Of a DNA stretch of 64,000 bases, positions 37,926 through 52,499 are shown piece by piece (positions within the stretch are counted from its first letter, which is position 1; each line of letters begins with the position of its first letter). The translations under genes and the position numbers were made by a program. Under the pieces are notes generated by a model, which had not been told where the DNA came from, ran no database searches, and saw nothing but the letters and a program-made list of their open reading frames with translations. This stretch comes from Podarcis melisellensis (lineage: Eukaryota). The DNA is taken from NCBI GenBank assembly GCA_964234715.1, contig OZ174279.1; one strand, 5' to 3'.

Positions 37926-40569
37926 AGTTTGGCCAAGTAGTCTTGCCCAAAGATCTCCCAAATTCTGGATCCAGAACTGTTAAGGAGAAATAAATAACAA
38001 CATGAGGAGTCCAAGCCACCAAGGTTGCATGCAAACTTTGAACACCCAGAGATGGATGCAAGCAAATTTGGATGACCCATTTGCTTGCATCCATCTGGAC
38101 GGGAACCTAGGCTTTCAGCCGATCCAGGAAGCAGCCCGTCCTGCTTCCTAATGCAAAACAACAGCAAACCCCTGCTAAGTCCCAATCTTGCTGCCTCCAG
38201 GCGGAAATGATACAGACACTCATCAAAGTCTCCAGTGCTTAGATAAGAAGGCCAGAGTGTTGCTTTGTACACTCTTCCCCCAGCCCTAATGGCAAGGGGA
38301 GGGGCTGTGGTGTGCCATCTCCTCCTTGCAATTGCATTCCCATGGATATGCAATAAGTGCAGCATATAAATCCTAAACCGCCAAGCACCGAAGGGACAGA
38401 TTTAAGCTTCTGCAAACCAGAGATCTACAGAATATGCTAAACACGTTGTATCTCCCGTTAGCTAAACTTCTGAAAATATATAGCGTGTGCTGTATTAAAT
38501 TAAGGTCCACACATTAATAAAGCAGCAGCAAAAGATGTTGCCGTGAACATATCACATGTCTGCAACAAGATCGGCTTTGTCCTATCTTCCCCTTCCTACT
38601 GACACTATCTAGTCACCTCCACACACCTTCCTGTGAAACCTATATGCTGAACCTGCCCCTTTTAATGTACGGTGACACCCAATCCCCCACCTCAATAGAC
38701 ACACTCAAGAGACAACTAAGGAGATTCACGCCCCATCTCTTCTCTCACTTCAGATAAGAGAAGCCCATCAGACTATGAGGCTTATGGGAAGGACTGCTGC
38801 CACGCCAAGCCCATCTTACATGTGCATGAGGAGTCTAACTACTAGACTCCTCGCATGCAGAAGTGCTAGAAATAAGCCTAACATGTAGTGCAAGGACCCC
38901 CACATTTTTGCTCACTTGCCACTCACCAACTAGAACACCACTTGATGTTACCAAGGCAGGATCAGTGATGCACTGGCCCTTCTGTGCTTGCTTAGACAGA
39001 GCAGGTAGCGACAGAATCCCCAGGACCCCTGCCTCTATCAAAGACCAGCCAGCACCCCACATGCTCAGTGTTTCAGAAATGTAAGGGACAGCAAAAACCA
39101 AAATTCACAGGCTTTCCTCCTACCAGGACAACTTGTTCCTCTGGGAGCACAATGCAGTTTTCTACACTCGCAGATAGCACAAGCCACACTGAAAACAGGC
39201 ACTCAGCCTCATGCCACTTTTGTATGTAAAGGGTCTCACGTGCATTCTGCAAGTGGGGAAACTACACGACTGGCCAAGTTCACACATGCAGCCTATTAGG
39301 AACAGGGCTGTGGAACGCACGTGGAAATCCTGGCTTGTAGGGCTTCCATTTCAGCTGATCTAGTGTCAGGAGCAAGTGTGCGGCACACACACGACCCCAC
39401 TAGGTCATTCTGCCCTCCGTGAGCCCTGCATCAGTGCTCTAATCACCAACGGCGCCTACTTCTTTCTCAACGGCAGGAGCGCAGTCCAGGAATCCTGGCT
39501 CTCAGACCTATTGACGGCTGCTAGGCCACGTTCTCTTCCTCTCGCTCAAGCCCCCTTGACCCTTTCCTCAAACCCCAGACCACACAGCCTTCAAGGCTAA
39601 CCACCATCCTGAGGCCCCAGGTACTTGCGGCCCCCCTCTTGCCAGAGAGATTTATTTTTCATAAGCTTTGGCACAAACAGCAAGGCTGCTATCTGCCAGG
39701 CCCCAGGCCCCTATAAATATGCATCAGGCCACATTTATGGAGACGGATGGCTCGGGGGTCTGTCCTGTGGTTGTGGGGGAAAGGAAGAGTTGGGGAAGGG
39801 TGTGGCCACAAGATTAATCACTGCCCACTCCGTTTAGGGGTATTCATCATGGCCCACTGTCAGGTAAATCACTGGAAAAACACCTCTCTAGTAATTAATG
39901 GGAAGTGACGGATGGACAGCCCCTGGGCCCATTAATCTGGACCATCAGAAGCAGACCAAGATTATGAATGTCAGGATGCATAAACTGTATACCAATCAAT
40001 AGGGCCAGGAATTCATCCAAGGTTCTCATTTCCGAGGCACCTCCGGTGCATTAGGCTCCGCTCACCTTCCCCGCCCCTGCTTCTCTCTCCCCTTTCTTCT
40101 CCTCTCTGCTGATTTGAACTGAAAACAGATCCCTCCCCAGCCAAGCAGGCGGTATGTACAGCCCAGAGCCTGGAGGGGCAGGATCGCTGCCAGAGAGCCA
40201 TGCTGAAGCCTCAGACAAGGCAATGGAAGCAAACACCCCCAAATGAAAATGCAGGCATGGCGGCCGGATCATTCATGCCGCACCTTCCATCTGCCTGCAC
40301 TTCAATCTGCTTCATTCCATCGCAAGCGCACACATCTAAGGGGTTAAAAAAAAGTGGGCCTTGCACCAAATAGTCACTGGATCGTACTAGTAATGGGAAC
40401 CCTTGCCAAACGCCAGTCTCTACTCCAGTGAGATTCTGCCATGGTTGAAATGCAATGCCCGGGATTTGGGGCAACCTGTTGTACCCAGAATGCAGCACGA
40501 GGCTCTTACTTGACCTGTTCCCACAGTTGTCTTCACTGTCTGCTGACTCAAACTTAGGTGGGAACTAAG

Positions 40570-40822
40570 TAGGTCTGGGTGATAGATTGATAGATCTTCC
40601 AAAACCAGTTTGAAGTCCATATTGTGATATCAGTTTCATAATTTTTGACCTGGCAATATATTGCAAATCATGATGTGTGCGTGTGTGCGCACTATGCAAA
40701 AATCACGATGCAGGAAAAAGCCAGAGCTCTTGCCTTATTTCAGACACATATATCAGTGCTATATCGTGATGTTTAGCTGGTGATATATTGCAGTGTTGAA
40801 AACCAGATATTGTCCAGCCCTA
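40570..40822. mobile_element. hAT-type non-autonomous element
   Basis: TIR TAGGTCTGGGTGATA / TATTGTCCAGCCCTA; 8-bp TSD GAACTAAG/GAACCAAG (7/8). Confidence 0.75.
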
Positions 40823-42332
40823 GAACCAAGAGAGCATTCACAGGGCAGGGTGCCTGCTCTACACTTGAAGGCAACTTGTGCTCAAGTTCTTGTTGGACAG
40901 GTGTCGGATCAAACTGCTAGTAGACACAGTGACAAAGATGGTGGACATGGTCCTTTTCTGCTGTCTCCTGAGTTGCACAGGACCTTCACTCTAAAGCAGA
41001 GATGGGGCCCTCCAGATGCTGTTGGACTACAACTCCAATCATCCCTGACCATCAGCCATGCCATCTGGGGCTGATCAGAGACTAACAACATCTGGAAGGT
41101 CACAGTGTCCTCATGCCTGATCTGCAGCCTAACCAACTCTTCAGAAAACTAGGACAGCGAGGATTCCCTAGATGGTGAACAAAATGGTTTTCACGCAGCA
41201 CAAGTTAGCACGGGTGCAGGTAGTCAAGCTGCTAAAACATTGTCCCCTGCACCCGGGGGCAAACTTTTTACACAGACTGTAAGGAGTCTAGCAAAGAGAC
41301 CAATCCATTTCCTCACCAAGAAGCAGGCAGAGCTCTTGGAACTTTTCCATTCTCCAATAAGCTAATTTCACCTGCAGAATAGTCCCCTTCATCTTTATTG
41401 ACTCGGTGAGAAAAGAACGTATCATTAAGACAGCTTCAGCCCAGAGGAGTCATTTTTCAACACAAAATATAATCTATTTCTTTCCGAACAGCCACACCCA
41501 CTGTGAACAAGGAGCTGCGCTCAGCTAACTGGGTGCTCTGGGGGTCTCTCGCGGCAACAAAGCCTGCTACTGCTAGGTAGGGGCAACGCCACACAAAAGC
41601 CCTGCTCATAACCACGTTACAAAAACCATTTGGGTGGCAGACACAGAACCGGGCACCCTGCAGAGAGGAGGCAGCCTTGCAGAAACCCAAACATTTAACT
41701 GAAGAGGCCATAAGAGCCCCAGAAAAGTGAAGATGGGAGGGCTGAAAGAAGAAAGGCAGAGTTCCCCACCTAAAAACATAACGGCGGCTTTTAGGATTGA
41801 AAGTCTACTGGGCTTGCTCTCAGGCCAGCCACATTCCAACATCAAGATGGCAAAGTGAATCTGGGGACATTTATTATCTTAGAGCTGCTGACATTTGCTG
41901 ATTCCAGTGCTTCCTTACAGTCACAGTTGCTGAAACAAAGGGGGTCTCAGGTTCTCTTCAATGCTTTTTAGGCCTGATGATCATGGAGATAAAGAAAAGA
42001 CGTGACTGCAATGCATTCGAGAGCTCAAGACTCAGTACCAGGAAGTCTGGAAACAAAAACCCCAAAGAACACAATACGTATTTTAAGGAGTGGGGGCTCT
42101 GGAACAGAGTCATTTTTTTAAAAAAAAATCAACAGTATTAGTGACCCTCTCATCACCTAGACCAGGAATAGCTAACTGGCAGCCTGCCTCTGGCCCCCAA
42201 AGCAACTTAATAAGGTCCAATAATGCTACCAAATTTTAAACTGCATTGTTAGAAAGAAAACCACACAGCTTTACACATCAGGAAAAAGAAGCATTGAGTC
42301 TACGTCTGTTTCACTGCCAACCTGCCACTTGT

Positions 42333-42423
42333 TTAGGAAAGTTTTTAATGTTTGATTCTATTTTAATATTCTGTTGGGAGCTGCCCAGAGTGGCTGGGGA
42401 AACCCAGCCAGATGGGCAGGGTA

Positions 42424-42469
<46 letters not shown>
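42333..42469 (+). mobile_element. L2 3' end with (TTA)n tail
   Basis: GCCCAGAGTGGCTGGGGAAACCCAGCCAGATGGG matches the end of the 9953-10497 element. Confidence 0.8.
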
Positions 42470-43479
42470 GAAAGAATCAGCTCCAGTTCCCATTCCCTAT
42501 TAATAATCCTGTATCATCTGATCACATGCTATCCGCATCTACAAAGCCAAATTAACTACAGAATCTGGACAGGCATGAGGTCAGGTTGTTCCAGCTCTGG
42601 ACAATGTACAGTCCAAGGAATAGAGTAGTCCTGAGAACAAGGAGGTTGGCTTTCCTTGACCTACACTCCACTGATGCAACAAGTCTTGTGCAGAGCCAAC
42701 ACCTTCAGATAGCCCAAACTTAGCCTGCAAATTGTAAGCCTTCCTGAAAACGGCTTATCTGTCTATCTCCTCCCACCCCACCACTGCTCATCTGACTGGA
42801 GAGTCGTCCATCATCTGTGCCGAGACAGCCCTGCCACCATCTCTCATCACAAAGCAGCACAACCTGCACCTTGCTATGGTCTGAAGAGCCACAGCCGGTC
42901 GTGCCTTCCATTAAAACCCTACGGAAGTCAGAATTTGTAGCCTTTTCAAGCACCTCTGGTTCTCCTTGTTGCGCCCTCTATAGGAACGTCTACCCTTTAT
43001 GCGGCAAATACACCTATTAGATGTACACTGATGGACATGTACACAGTGTGGACATCACATAAAATGTGGAGATAGATTTGGGAGCCCTGCCCCAAGTTCC
43101 CAGACCCATCCTGATGGTATGCAACATTCATTTCTTACATGGAAATACTAGTGTAACATCAATGTACACACAGCAGTTGTGCTTGTTGTGTCATGTGTGA
43201 AAGCAAGAGCATTTGTCAAGCTGCCCTTATCCAGGCAATCAAATGAAATCCAGCTCACAGGATGGCAAAGCTGTACAGCCCAGGTTACTCCATCTCTAAA
43301 ATGATACTGTCGAGCTGAAAAAGGTACAGAGAAGGACAACTTAAGAGTGGAGACACAGGATCATAGAATTGCAGAGTTGGACCCCTGAGGGTCATGCTAA
43401 AAGGGGGTTCGGCCACCCTTTAAAATGCAAATGGTAGGGAGAAAGTGAATATTTCCTCCCTCTCTGACAACACAAGAAC

Positions 43480-44135
43480 TCAGATCACACAATTAAAACT
43501 AATTAGCAGTAGATTCAGGACACACAAAAGGAAGCTCTTCTTCACCCAACGCGTAATTAACTGGAAATTGACTGCCACAAAGGACATAGTGATGACCACT
43601 GGCTTAGAGGGCTTCAAAAGAAGATTAGAGAAATTTCAGAGGAGTAGGAGGAAGTCCTTCAGCGGATTGCTAAATGGAATTTACAGCTTTAGAGGCAACA
43701 TGCCCCTGAATCACTGCCACTTGGGGACCTTAAAGAACAGGGAAGAGCTGAGGCCTTGACGCCTGGGCTTGCAGGTGCCCCAGAAGAAACTGGGTGGCCA
43801 CATTTAGAAACAGCATGCGGGACTAGATGAACACTTGGCCTCATCAACATATATTTAAACTATGGGACTCACTCACACAGTGATAGCAACCTCCTGGCTT
43901 TAAAAGAGGATTGAACAAATTCATTGAGGATGTGGCTGTCAATGGCTACTAGCCATGGCAGGTAGGCTCTGTCTCCACGGATGGAGGCAGTAATGCTTCT
44001 GAATTATGGAAACAGGAGAGGAGAGTGCGCTTGCACTTGGTTCCTGCTTGCAGATTTCCCACAGGCATCTGGCTGGTCACTGTGAGAACAGGATGTTGGA
44101 GTAGATGGGCCATTCGCCTGGACCATTAGGGCTTT
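43480..44135 (+). mobile_element. Two degraded CR1 3' fragments in tandem
   Basis: LKLISSRFRTHKRKLFFTQRVINW is a CR1 ORF2 C-terminus; similar GGCTT(T/C)AAAAGA(A/G)GATT segments and CR1 3'UTR-like sequence occur twice. Confidence 0.65.
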
Positions 44136-46619
44136 TGAAAATTATTATTTCAAGCACCCTGCCCTGTGCTGCAGGAAGCCTAGCTAGGCCATGGCTACCG
44201 CATCAGCCTCTGCAGAGATTTGTTTTGTTCTGTTTGTTTTTTAAGGGCAGGGAGAGAAACTGCAGCCCACAAATTCCATTCCTTTGGATCCTGTATCTCC
44301 CTCGCATCCGCAGTCTATTACACACTCCATCAGACGCCCCCCGCCACGCCTCGGCACCAACCCATTTCATGCTCAAGAGGGTCGAATCAGTGTCCCTTGG
44401 CGTGTCTCCTTTTCACACTACACCGAGCAACGTAACTTCCAACTTGCTGCACTAACTTCTGCGCTAAAGCCCTCCGTCCGCAACGAGGAGCAGGGCAGGA
44501 GCTGAAGAACCGTAGAAGCAACAAGGCAGCTCCCAGGCTGAGTCAGCCGTTGTGCCAAAACTGAAAGAATGGTGTTGGTTCTCAAGCAGACGAAGGTACG
44601 CACCTCAGCTTACTCTGAGGGAGACTTTTCCCGCTAACCACATGAGCGTTTTTCTTCTCATTTTAACTGTGTTTCCTTTTTAATCCATTCTCTATTATGT
44701 TTTTCTCTCTCTGCATCCCATCGCAAGCGCGATCCTCTCCCTGCACCATTACATCTCTCTCAAAAGTATTCTGTGAACCCTCCACTCCTTCTTTCTCTCT
44801 CCAAATGCTCTTATCTAGCTCTCAGTTACCCCATTTTCCTGCAGCCTCCATGAATTTTACTCCCTGTTTTTCTCTCTGTACCTTAAATGCTCTTCATTTT
44901 CTGGATCACATCAAGTCTCTTAGGGTCCTCACCTCTTTCACTCCATGTTCTTTCCTATCAGCACCCTATGGCCCTCTTCTCTGGCCTCTGTTCATTAACC
45001 AGTCATTTCCTCTTTTCTCACCCTATAAGACTTTCTGTGAGCCCATTCACCTGCCCTCCCTTTTCTTCCTCCACTGCCTTTCTTTGCTTCTGTTCCTCTG
45101 CTTGCAACACCTACTCTTCCCTTCTTGGAATTCTGTGGCAACAGAGTGGCTTCCATTCTGCCAGCAACAGGCACCTGGAGGCAGGCCAAGTGACACGGCA
45201 AGCCGACTGGAAAAGCTGGTGCCAACTCCTTCACATGCCTCTGAGATGGAGTGTAGACAAAGCGACACTGAAAGCTCAGGTCCTAGTGGTCTTTTGGTGG
45301 GATTTCCTATGCAGCAGGGGAAAGGACCACCACCAAGGGGGATCTGGAATTCTCCCAGGTGGTCACAACTAAGCTGCCACCAGTCCTCAGGCATCAGGTT
45401 GTACGGGGCTGATCTAAGGAAAAATATAAGAGAAAAGACAAAGCCTACTGATGCTGCTGTGCAACAGGAGCCCAGAATGCCATAGTGACCCAAGCTTAGC
45501 AAAATAAATAAATATATATTTAAATCACCCAGCAACTGCATCAGAGAAAACCCAAGCAGATGTGCCACATGAAAATGACAACAAACAGCCTTCACTACAA
45601 GACATCCTCAGAATATAATTCCATTGGCGCGCCTGTCTTGGCAAAAAGCAAGTGATACCCTGTAAAAGGAACACAGCCAGGACGGGCGACTGGGACCTGA
45701 AGCCGCTGCTATTTGGAACAGAGAGCTCGTTTGTTTATCGGAAAAACAGGGGAAGCCTACTGTGTAATCAGGACACCCCTAGAGCAGAAATCCATCCACC
45801 ACACCAGCTGCAGCACAGGCTGAAGTGGCACCCCAGCAGCTCCCAGCAGCCTACATTGTTTCCTGGCAGCAAACTGTATTTTTAGCCTTTGAGGTTTCCG
45901 ATTCCACTCAATCCATAATTCCATCAATAGAATATTTAACCTTAGAGCCTTGATCACAGGAGAGAAACGGCAACCCCTTGGACCGGGCAGTGAACGGAAG
46001 GCAGTGCTAAATCTCCCTTGCCCCAGAGCACTGAGGAAGCAAAGCGCACGCCGGCTCCTTTACCAGCCTGAGGGACTTGGCTGCTGCCCTCCCTGGGCTC
46101 AGCAGTGACCAGAGCTCCATCTGCCCACCCGCCTCCTTCCTGGGAGAGGCTCTTGATCGGTGCTTGGGGAACAGCAAAGTGCCCTTGAGGGACAGCACCA
46201 GGTGTCACTCAGCGCTCGCACATGCACAATGTCACTCTTTATGGCGTGCTGCAGAACGGGTGCTTCTTCCAAAATAATAACTCCAATAAAAGAGAGAGAA
46301 GTGCAAGGAGACTCCAAACAGCCCAAATTAGAAAGCCCTTTGGACGCCGCCACTCATTTAGTCTCTAGGCACATGGCAAGAGTGCCTCCCCCTCCCCAGC
46401 AAGGAAACCTTGGCAAAGGAATGACGAGGCTGCGCAGAATCTTTTCCTCCAAGTTCCTTACTATAGGCCATAGGTACAATACAAGCTAAATATAATCTCT
46501 CGCACACCAAAAAATCCCACCTACCTGCTCTCAGCAATAAATAAAGTAGCAGTGGGCCAACCCCCAATATCAGAGTCCCATTCCCCCACCCCAAGGAAAG
46601 CCCACCTTTTATTTCCCTT

Positions 46620-46891
46620 TTCTTCCCTTCCCCTCCCCTTTTATGAAGATCACCCGCACTGAGACTCCACAGCTAATTCTCTCCTGGCCTCCTCGTGGGC
46701 CCAATTCAGCCAGCTAGCCCTGGGGATTATCTAATTGATTTTGATTTTTGAATTTTATTGTTATTCATGTTTTTATACAGTATTTTATGCTGTTTTTATA
46801 ATTAAGTGTTCTAAATTTGTTGATAGCCGCCCTGAGCCTGGTTTTTGAACCGGTAAGGGCGGGATATAAATAAAAAATTATTATTATTATT
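46620..46891 (+). mobile_element. L2-like 3' end
   Basis: T-rich UTR, GCCGCCCTGAGCC..GGGCGGGATATAAAT, (TTA)n tail. Confidence 0.65.
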
Positions 46892-49800
46892 GTAGACCAG
46901 GGGAATGCCTATGAACAGCTAACGAAAGTCTAGCAGTTGAGACAATGGGCTGTGTGCATTAACGCAACTCCTAGCACTCAGATCTGCTGTACAGGAAAAA
47001 AGAAATGTTGGTTCTAGACAGGTATGAAGCTTCCTTAAAAGCAGTATCCAACAGTCTAATAAAACCCAAAGCCAGCAACATTCAAAACTCAGCAGTCAGG
47101 AACCAGTTAATGCCATGGGGAGGGTGGGGGGTGGGGAATGGGAACCATCCAATGAAAAATACAAAAAAAAAAGCAGAAGAACCAATCTCGGGATGCTGAA
47201 GAATATTGCACTAGTCATTGATGCCCAATGTACTTTGGCCAGAACACGCCTTCCTCGGGGGCTTTTATGCTTCCTTACAGGCAGCTCAAAAACCTCTGTT
47301 TTGAAATCCCTGCAAGGCAAAGCTGCCCTGCACCACTCCGACCATTCCTGCCCCTTCCCAGTTCTCCTGGGCAGAGGGTGATGTATCTTCTGTGGTGGGG
47401 AGGGCTACATCACTTGCAGGGTCTTTCATACAGTGGTCTGAGGGAAGGCTATAAATACCGTATCATTTACGCTTGCTGTTGGAGCAAGAGTGTAAAGCTT
47501 GCCATTCAGCAGCAAAAGACTGAGCTGACTGCCACCAGGAAGCAGCCTGCAAAGCAGACGCGGAAAAACATTGCCCGGGGGCTCAGTCATGCTCCCTTGC
47601 ACCTTAGGAACACTTGCAACACTTGTCATAAAGCCAGTAAGTAGCTCTGAATCCAGCCAGCTGGATGGCAGGAGATCCATATCCCACCCCTGCCCTGATT
47701 CTCAATCACCTTTTGGAGTCACACAATTTCACATCTATATTATTCCACATTCTTTTCTTTTATAACAGGGAAAACCCCTCTTGCCCTCCATACTTGATTC
47801 CCCAATGAACTATAAAGACCCACACAAAGAACAGGGAATCAATTGCACTTCACAAGGCAATTCCAAACATGCAAAGACAAATCTCTTTAAAAATAATAAG
47901 ACACAACAGAGGAAGCAGTTCATTTTCTGCCCGTTGCCCGTCTCCTGAGTTAAGCACTAACACCAGTCGGACATAAGAATGGGGTCTGGAGTCAATGGCA
48001 TTCCTTTAAGGCTGCATGGAAAGGACAATGAAACCACGGAGGAAAGTGAATTAATGTCTGACCAAAAGAACTAAGGGAATTAGGCAGGATTGTACAGATA
48101 TATCAAGGGCAGAGGCCCAGCCAGAGAGCACATCAATAAAAAGGGAGAGAGATGAAAATAACAAGGAGTCCAACAGGAATAAGATTATTTAAAAAGATGA
48201 AAGGAATGACCTTGTGAAAAAAATATCCAGCACATATACATCTAAAACCAGCACCTCCTGATAACATGCACACCAGGCCAAATCAGGTTTAGCTAATGAG
48301 CTGGCTGAACCCCAGATAAGCTATTGCTAATGGCAAGGTGGGCATCTAAGCAAGAGGCACCTTGCATTGCTGGTTCTTGCATTCCCCACCTAGCTGCTTT
48401 TTATTATTATTATTGCCCTCTAAATGCAGCTTCTCCCTAAGCATGGCTGGGTTTCCGGCAGAGGAAAAGGACGTGCAATTTCTAAAATGTCTGCTCCCAA
48501 ACATAGCATCAATACAGGGTATAAGAAAAGGGGGAGACAAAGAACAAGTGACAGTGATGGGATCAGGGGCACCCAGGATTAAAAGAGCACAAGACCAACT
48601 CCGTCAGAATTGCCATAAAAAGATACTGAGTGGAGAAACAGCATTAAAATTCGATGCAACTGAACTTCAGGGAAAGTTTCCTCAATTTTTATTTCCCAAA
48701 TGCCTGACAATTACATTTGCAGATGACACTAAAGGGGAATTTGCGGCAAAGAGCTGAGAGAACAAGGAAATAATTCAAAGGAAGTGAGGGAGGCTAGAAA
48801 TAAGACGCGATTCAGCCGGGCAAGGCACAGCTTGCAGAGACGGGAAATGCAGGCGCTGAGCAGGGACAGAAACCTGGAAAGAGACACAGGGTGAGAGCAA
48901 ATTGGAGATGAGCTGACAATGATGAAAGAGCTGCTGCTATTTCAGGCTGCAGAAACATCACACCCCAGAGGAAGGGGGGATGACAGGCAAGATGCACCCA
49001 CAATCAGGAAGATCAGCTTTGCCCAAAGGAACCCGCCAAAGTGGATGGAATTGGTGGGGTAGACCTGGCAGATTAAAAGAGGCAGAGGCCAAAGGAAGTG
49101 ACATTCTCAGCGGTGGGTAGGCCTTTGATCTCCCATGCGCAAGATGCCCCTCCATGAATCCCTTAGGCAAGCTCCTCCTTTCCTTCAGTTCTGTGCTCAG
49201 ACAGCCATATTCAACACTCAGTATGTCCCTCTCCCACAAGAAGCAGCCCTTCTGTTGCGCAGGGTCCGTATAGGCTCACCAAGACTGCAAAGCCTAAACA
49301 GGGATGGCAATGGGCCTCAAGCCATCCCTAGTGGCAGCTCTTGCAGGACAGCTGATGGGCTTCACAGTGAGAGGCTGGCTGTACTGCCTGCCCTTCCTGA
49401 CCCAGCCTTAGTACCCACACTCCTGAGAATAATTCATGCCCACTAAGCCAAAGGATGCCTGCTTGGCCCTTCCCACACCCATCCACTTGAATCCCACACA
49501 GCAAACGTGAAGCCCACAATTCCTCAAACATGGGCTGCAGCTTCAACAGCTTCGCCCATTAGAAAACTGAGTTCACTGGTCAGAAGTTGGAATCCACAAA
49601 ATTCTATTTTTGCAAAGGACAGTAGGTGCTGAGTCTCCTAGGCTGCAGAGGAAATCTTGAAAACCTGGGAGGGAGACAGTTATCTAACGTGTTTGCTGCT
49701 CTCTTTGCAATTTCCCCCCAGTCACTTTGTGCTCCCCCAGAACCTCTATGCTTACATCTCACTCTCTTAATTGTGTGAATTTCTTCCCCCAAGTAGGAAC

Positions 49801-52499
49801 TGAGCGTTTTAACAGGAGTGGAGAAACACAGTTGATTTGGTTTGGGACACATAATGGAAATAGGGTTTCACAACTTTAAAAAACAGAGTTCAGAGAGAGA
49901 GAAAGAGAAAATGAAATTGAGCCCAAAGGTTATAACATGATACATTAAATGCTATTCAGAAAATGGATTCAACTAGGGGCCTTCAACCTTCTGGAGCCAG
50001 GGACACATTTGGAAATCTAAGAAACTGTAGTGGGCACCACAAAATGCCCATTTCACAAAAGAAGAACTGGGGATGCCCACAGACATGCTCCTAAAACAAG
50101 TGGAATACCTACATGCATCCCAAAGAAAACAACACACTGGGGAGGAAAACAGGGAAACACCCCCCAAATCACAAATGGCCAAAAAAGGCAGGTGCTCAGA
50201 AGGGTGTCTGAAGACACCATGATGCTCACAGCTGCCATATTGGGGATTCATTAATGTACTCAACAGCAGAGTCCTAAGTTTTTTTTTTATTTTGATTGTA
50301 ATCTGAAATGACAAAAGGATCTAAATCACAGAAAAGCAGCACACAGCCCGGCATAGGTTACTGGCATCCACCTTAAATAACATAATTTATACACTGCTCA
50401 GGCTTAGTAGTTGCTACATGTGCTTGCCTAATGAAAGAATCTGCAAAGTTCAAAAGCCTGGTCATATACACACCAACTTGTCAGCAAAACCACGTTTATG
50501 CCCCTAACTAAATCCTGGCCTCTCCTTACTAAAGGACTACCCAACACTTCTCCCCATCTGAATTCCAGCACAAGCACTGTTCTTGCCAGAAAATAATCCA
50601 CCACACAGCTGGTCACCAGCAGCCGCCTGTGAACAAGACAAGAGAGCTGAAAACACCACAATGAAAAATGGCACTTATGGCATGCACTAGCAGGAGACAG
50701 TGAAAAACACAGCCTGGTGGCTGGGAGCGAAGGGATGTGTGTTTTATGAGGCATCGAGTGCCTGGGACTATGAGTGCGTCAGGAGAGGAGGGAGGTACGC
50801 CGCAGCTCTTCTGAGGGACACCATATAACTTCCCTCCTGCAGTGGCTCTGACAAACAGAATTTCTTTCTAATTCAATAAAGGCCCGGCGGTTACCATGGC
50901 TCATCCATTGTACCCAAAAGGGTTATAGCTGCTGCTCACATAATTTTCCCCTGTCCAAAATGCACAGGAAAAGGCCTCACCTGGTGGGTGAGGGGCAGTG
51001 ATGACCTTCCCAAAATGCAGCACCAGTTAAAAGGCAGGGAGGACACAAAGCACTGCCAGAACTCTGAGCAGGAGACCCACGTAAGGTAAGGAGCACAAAG
51101 TCTCTGAGACTGCTCCAGGCAAGAGGGTTCCTAGGACCAGGAGTCTGGGTGTGTTGTGGGGGAAAATCTGGTACAAGGAGTTTCAAAGACGGTTCATTGT
51201 ACCAGGATGGGTAACCTGTCCAGTTATTGCTGGACTCCAGTTCCCCTCAACGACACACAGAACAGCCGATGGTTAGGAATCATGGGAGTTGTAGTCTATT
51301 GAAGGCCCCCCCCCCACTGCCACAGCATTAATCTAATCTATTCCAGGGCTAGTCATGGATACTTTCACATCCCACACAAAACTATAGACAGAGATAACTG
51401 AATATCATGCAGGGCAGTGGGGGATAACTGAAATTCTTTTATCACTCTTACACAAAGGAAATTTACCCAGATGCATATATTTGTACTGGCTTCTATTATC
51501 TTCCAGGCATCAGGCTGGTTGTGAACTAGAAGGCTTTAAGAAACTGAGCCAATGTATGTAAGGGGCTACTTCTTCTCCTATGACTTGTTGCAAAATTAAC
51601 TAAGATCTCTTAGTGGACAGTTGCTATTTGCCCACTAAAAAGGATGTTAAAATTTACATAAGCATCTTGAATCCTTTCACCGCAGCTTTTAAATGCCTTT
51701 TCCATTGAGATATGATACATAGGATTTCAGCCATAGAACAGACTTGCTGCTGGTGGGGAAAATACCACGTTGATTTGGGGGGTGAGTAGGAGCACCAATT
51801 TTTTAAAAAATAACAAGCAACAGAAACCTCGTGGATCTGGTGTGTGTGTGTGTTCCAGTACCAGAGACAAGAAGCAGTCAGCATTTAAGCAACTATCAAG
51901 ACAACACCTATCTGGAATCACACCATCTTCCCGATTAAAAAAGCAATGAAAGGCAAATATGATTTTAAAAAGCGTTCTCTAAAACGGCACAAACATCAGG
52001 AAGAGTTGTGCTCCTCAGTGCCACTGATGTCACAGGCATTATCCAACCGAAGCTCATCATAACTGCAAAACTGTATTTCACGAGGTAACTCACAAGCTTC
52101 TACTAAGGAAAGAAAGATTTACCCAGTGACAAAGCGCTGCATGCGCGATGGGGAAATGCAATAACCCCACGGCAGAAGTGTGAACTTGAAGGAAGAGAAC
52201 AACTGCCCTTGTGATGCGCAAACACGACGCCCGTCTGGAAAAGTTCTAACACAAGGCTGAATCTCCCTGGACAGCAACCACAGCACGACCCGGCCCCCAC
52301 CTGAACCACGGGGCAAGGTTTTCCAGTCAGCGTGGGGCTTCCAGGTAAAAATACAACCCGCCTGTCCTATTGCTTTATATGGATAAAAGTGATATTGGAT
52401 ATTACATGCAGAGACGACTCAACTATCTAAAATTTAAGCCCCAGCCGCTTCCTTCGTGGAAATAAACTGCTCCCCGCCTGTTGCTCGAGTGCAATAAGC

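Noticed and set aside
44697-45485. 262-aa ORF
   Set aside because: Arises from a pyrimidine-rich tract depleted of stop codons; F/S/L/P-biased with no motif.
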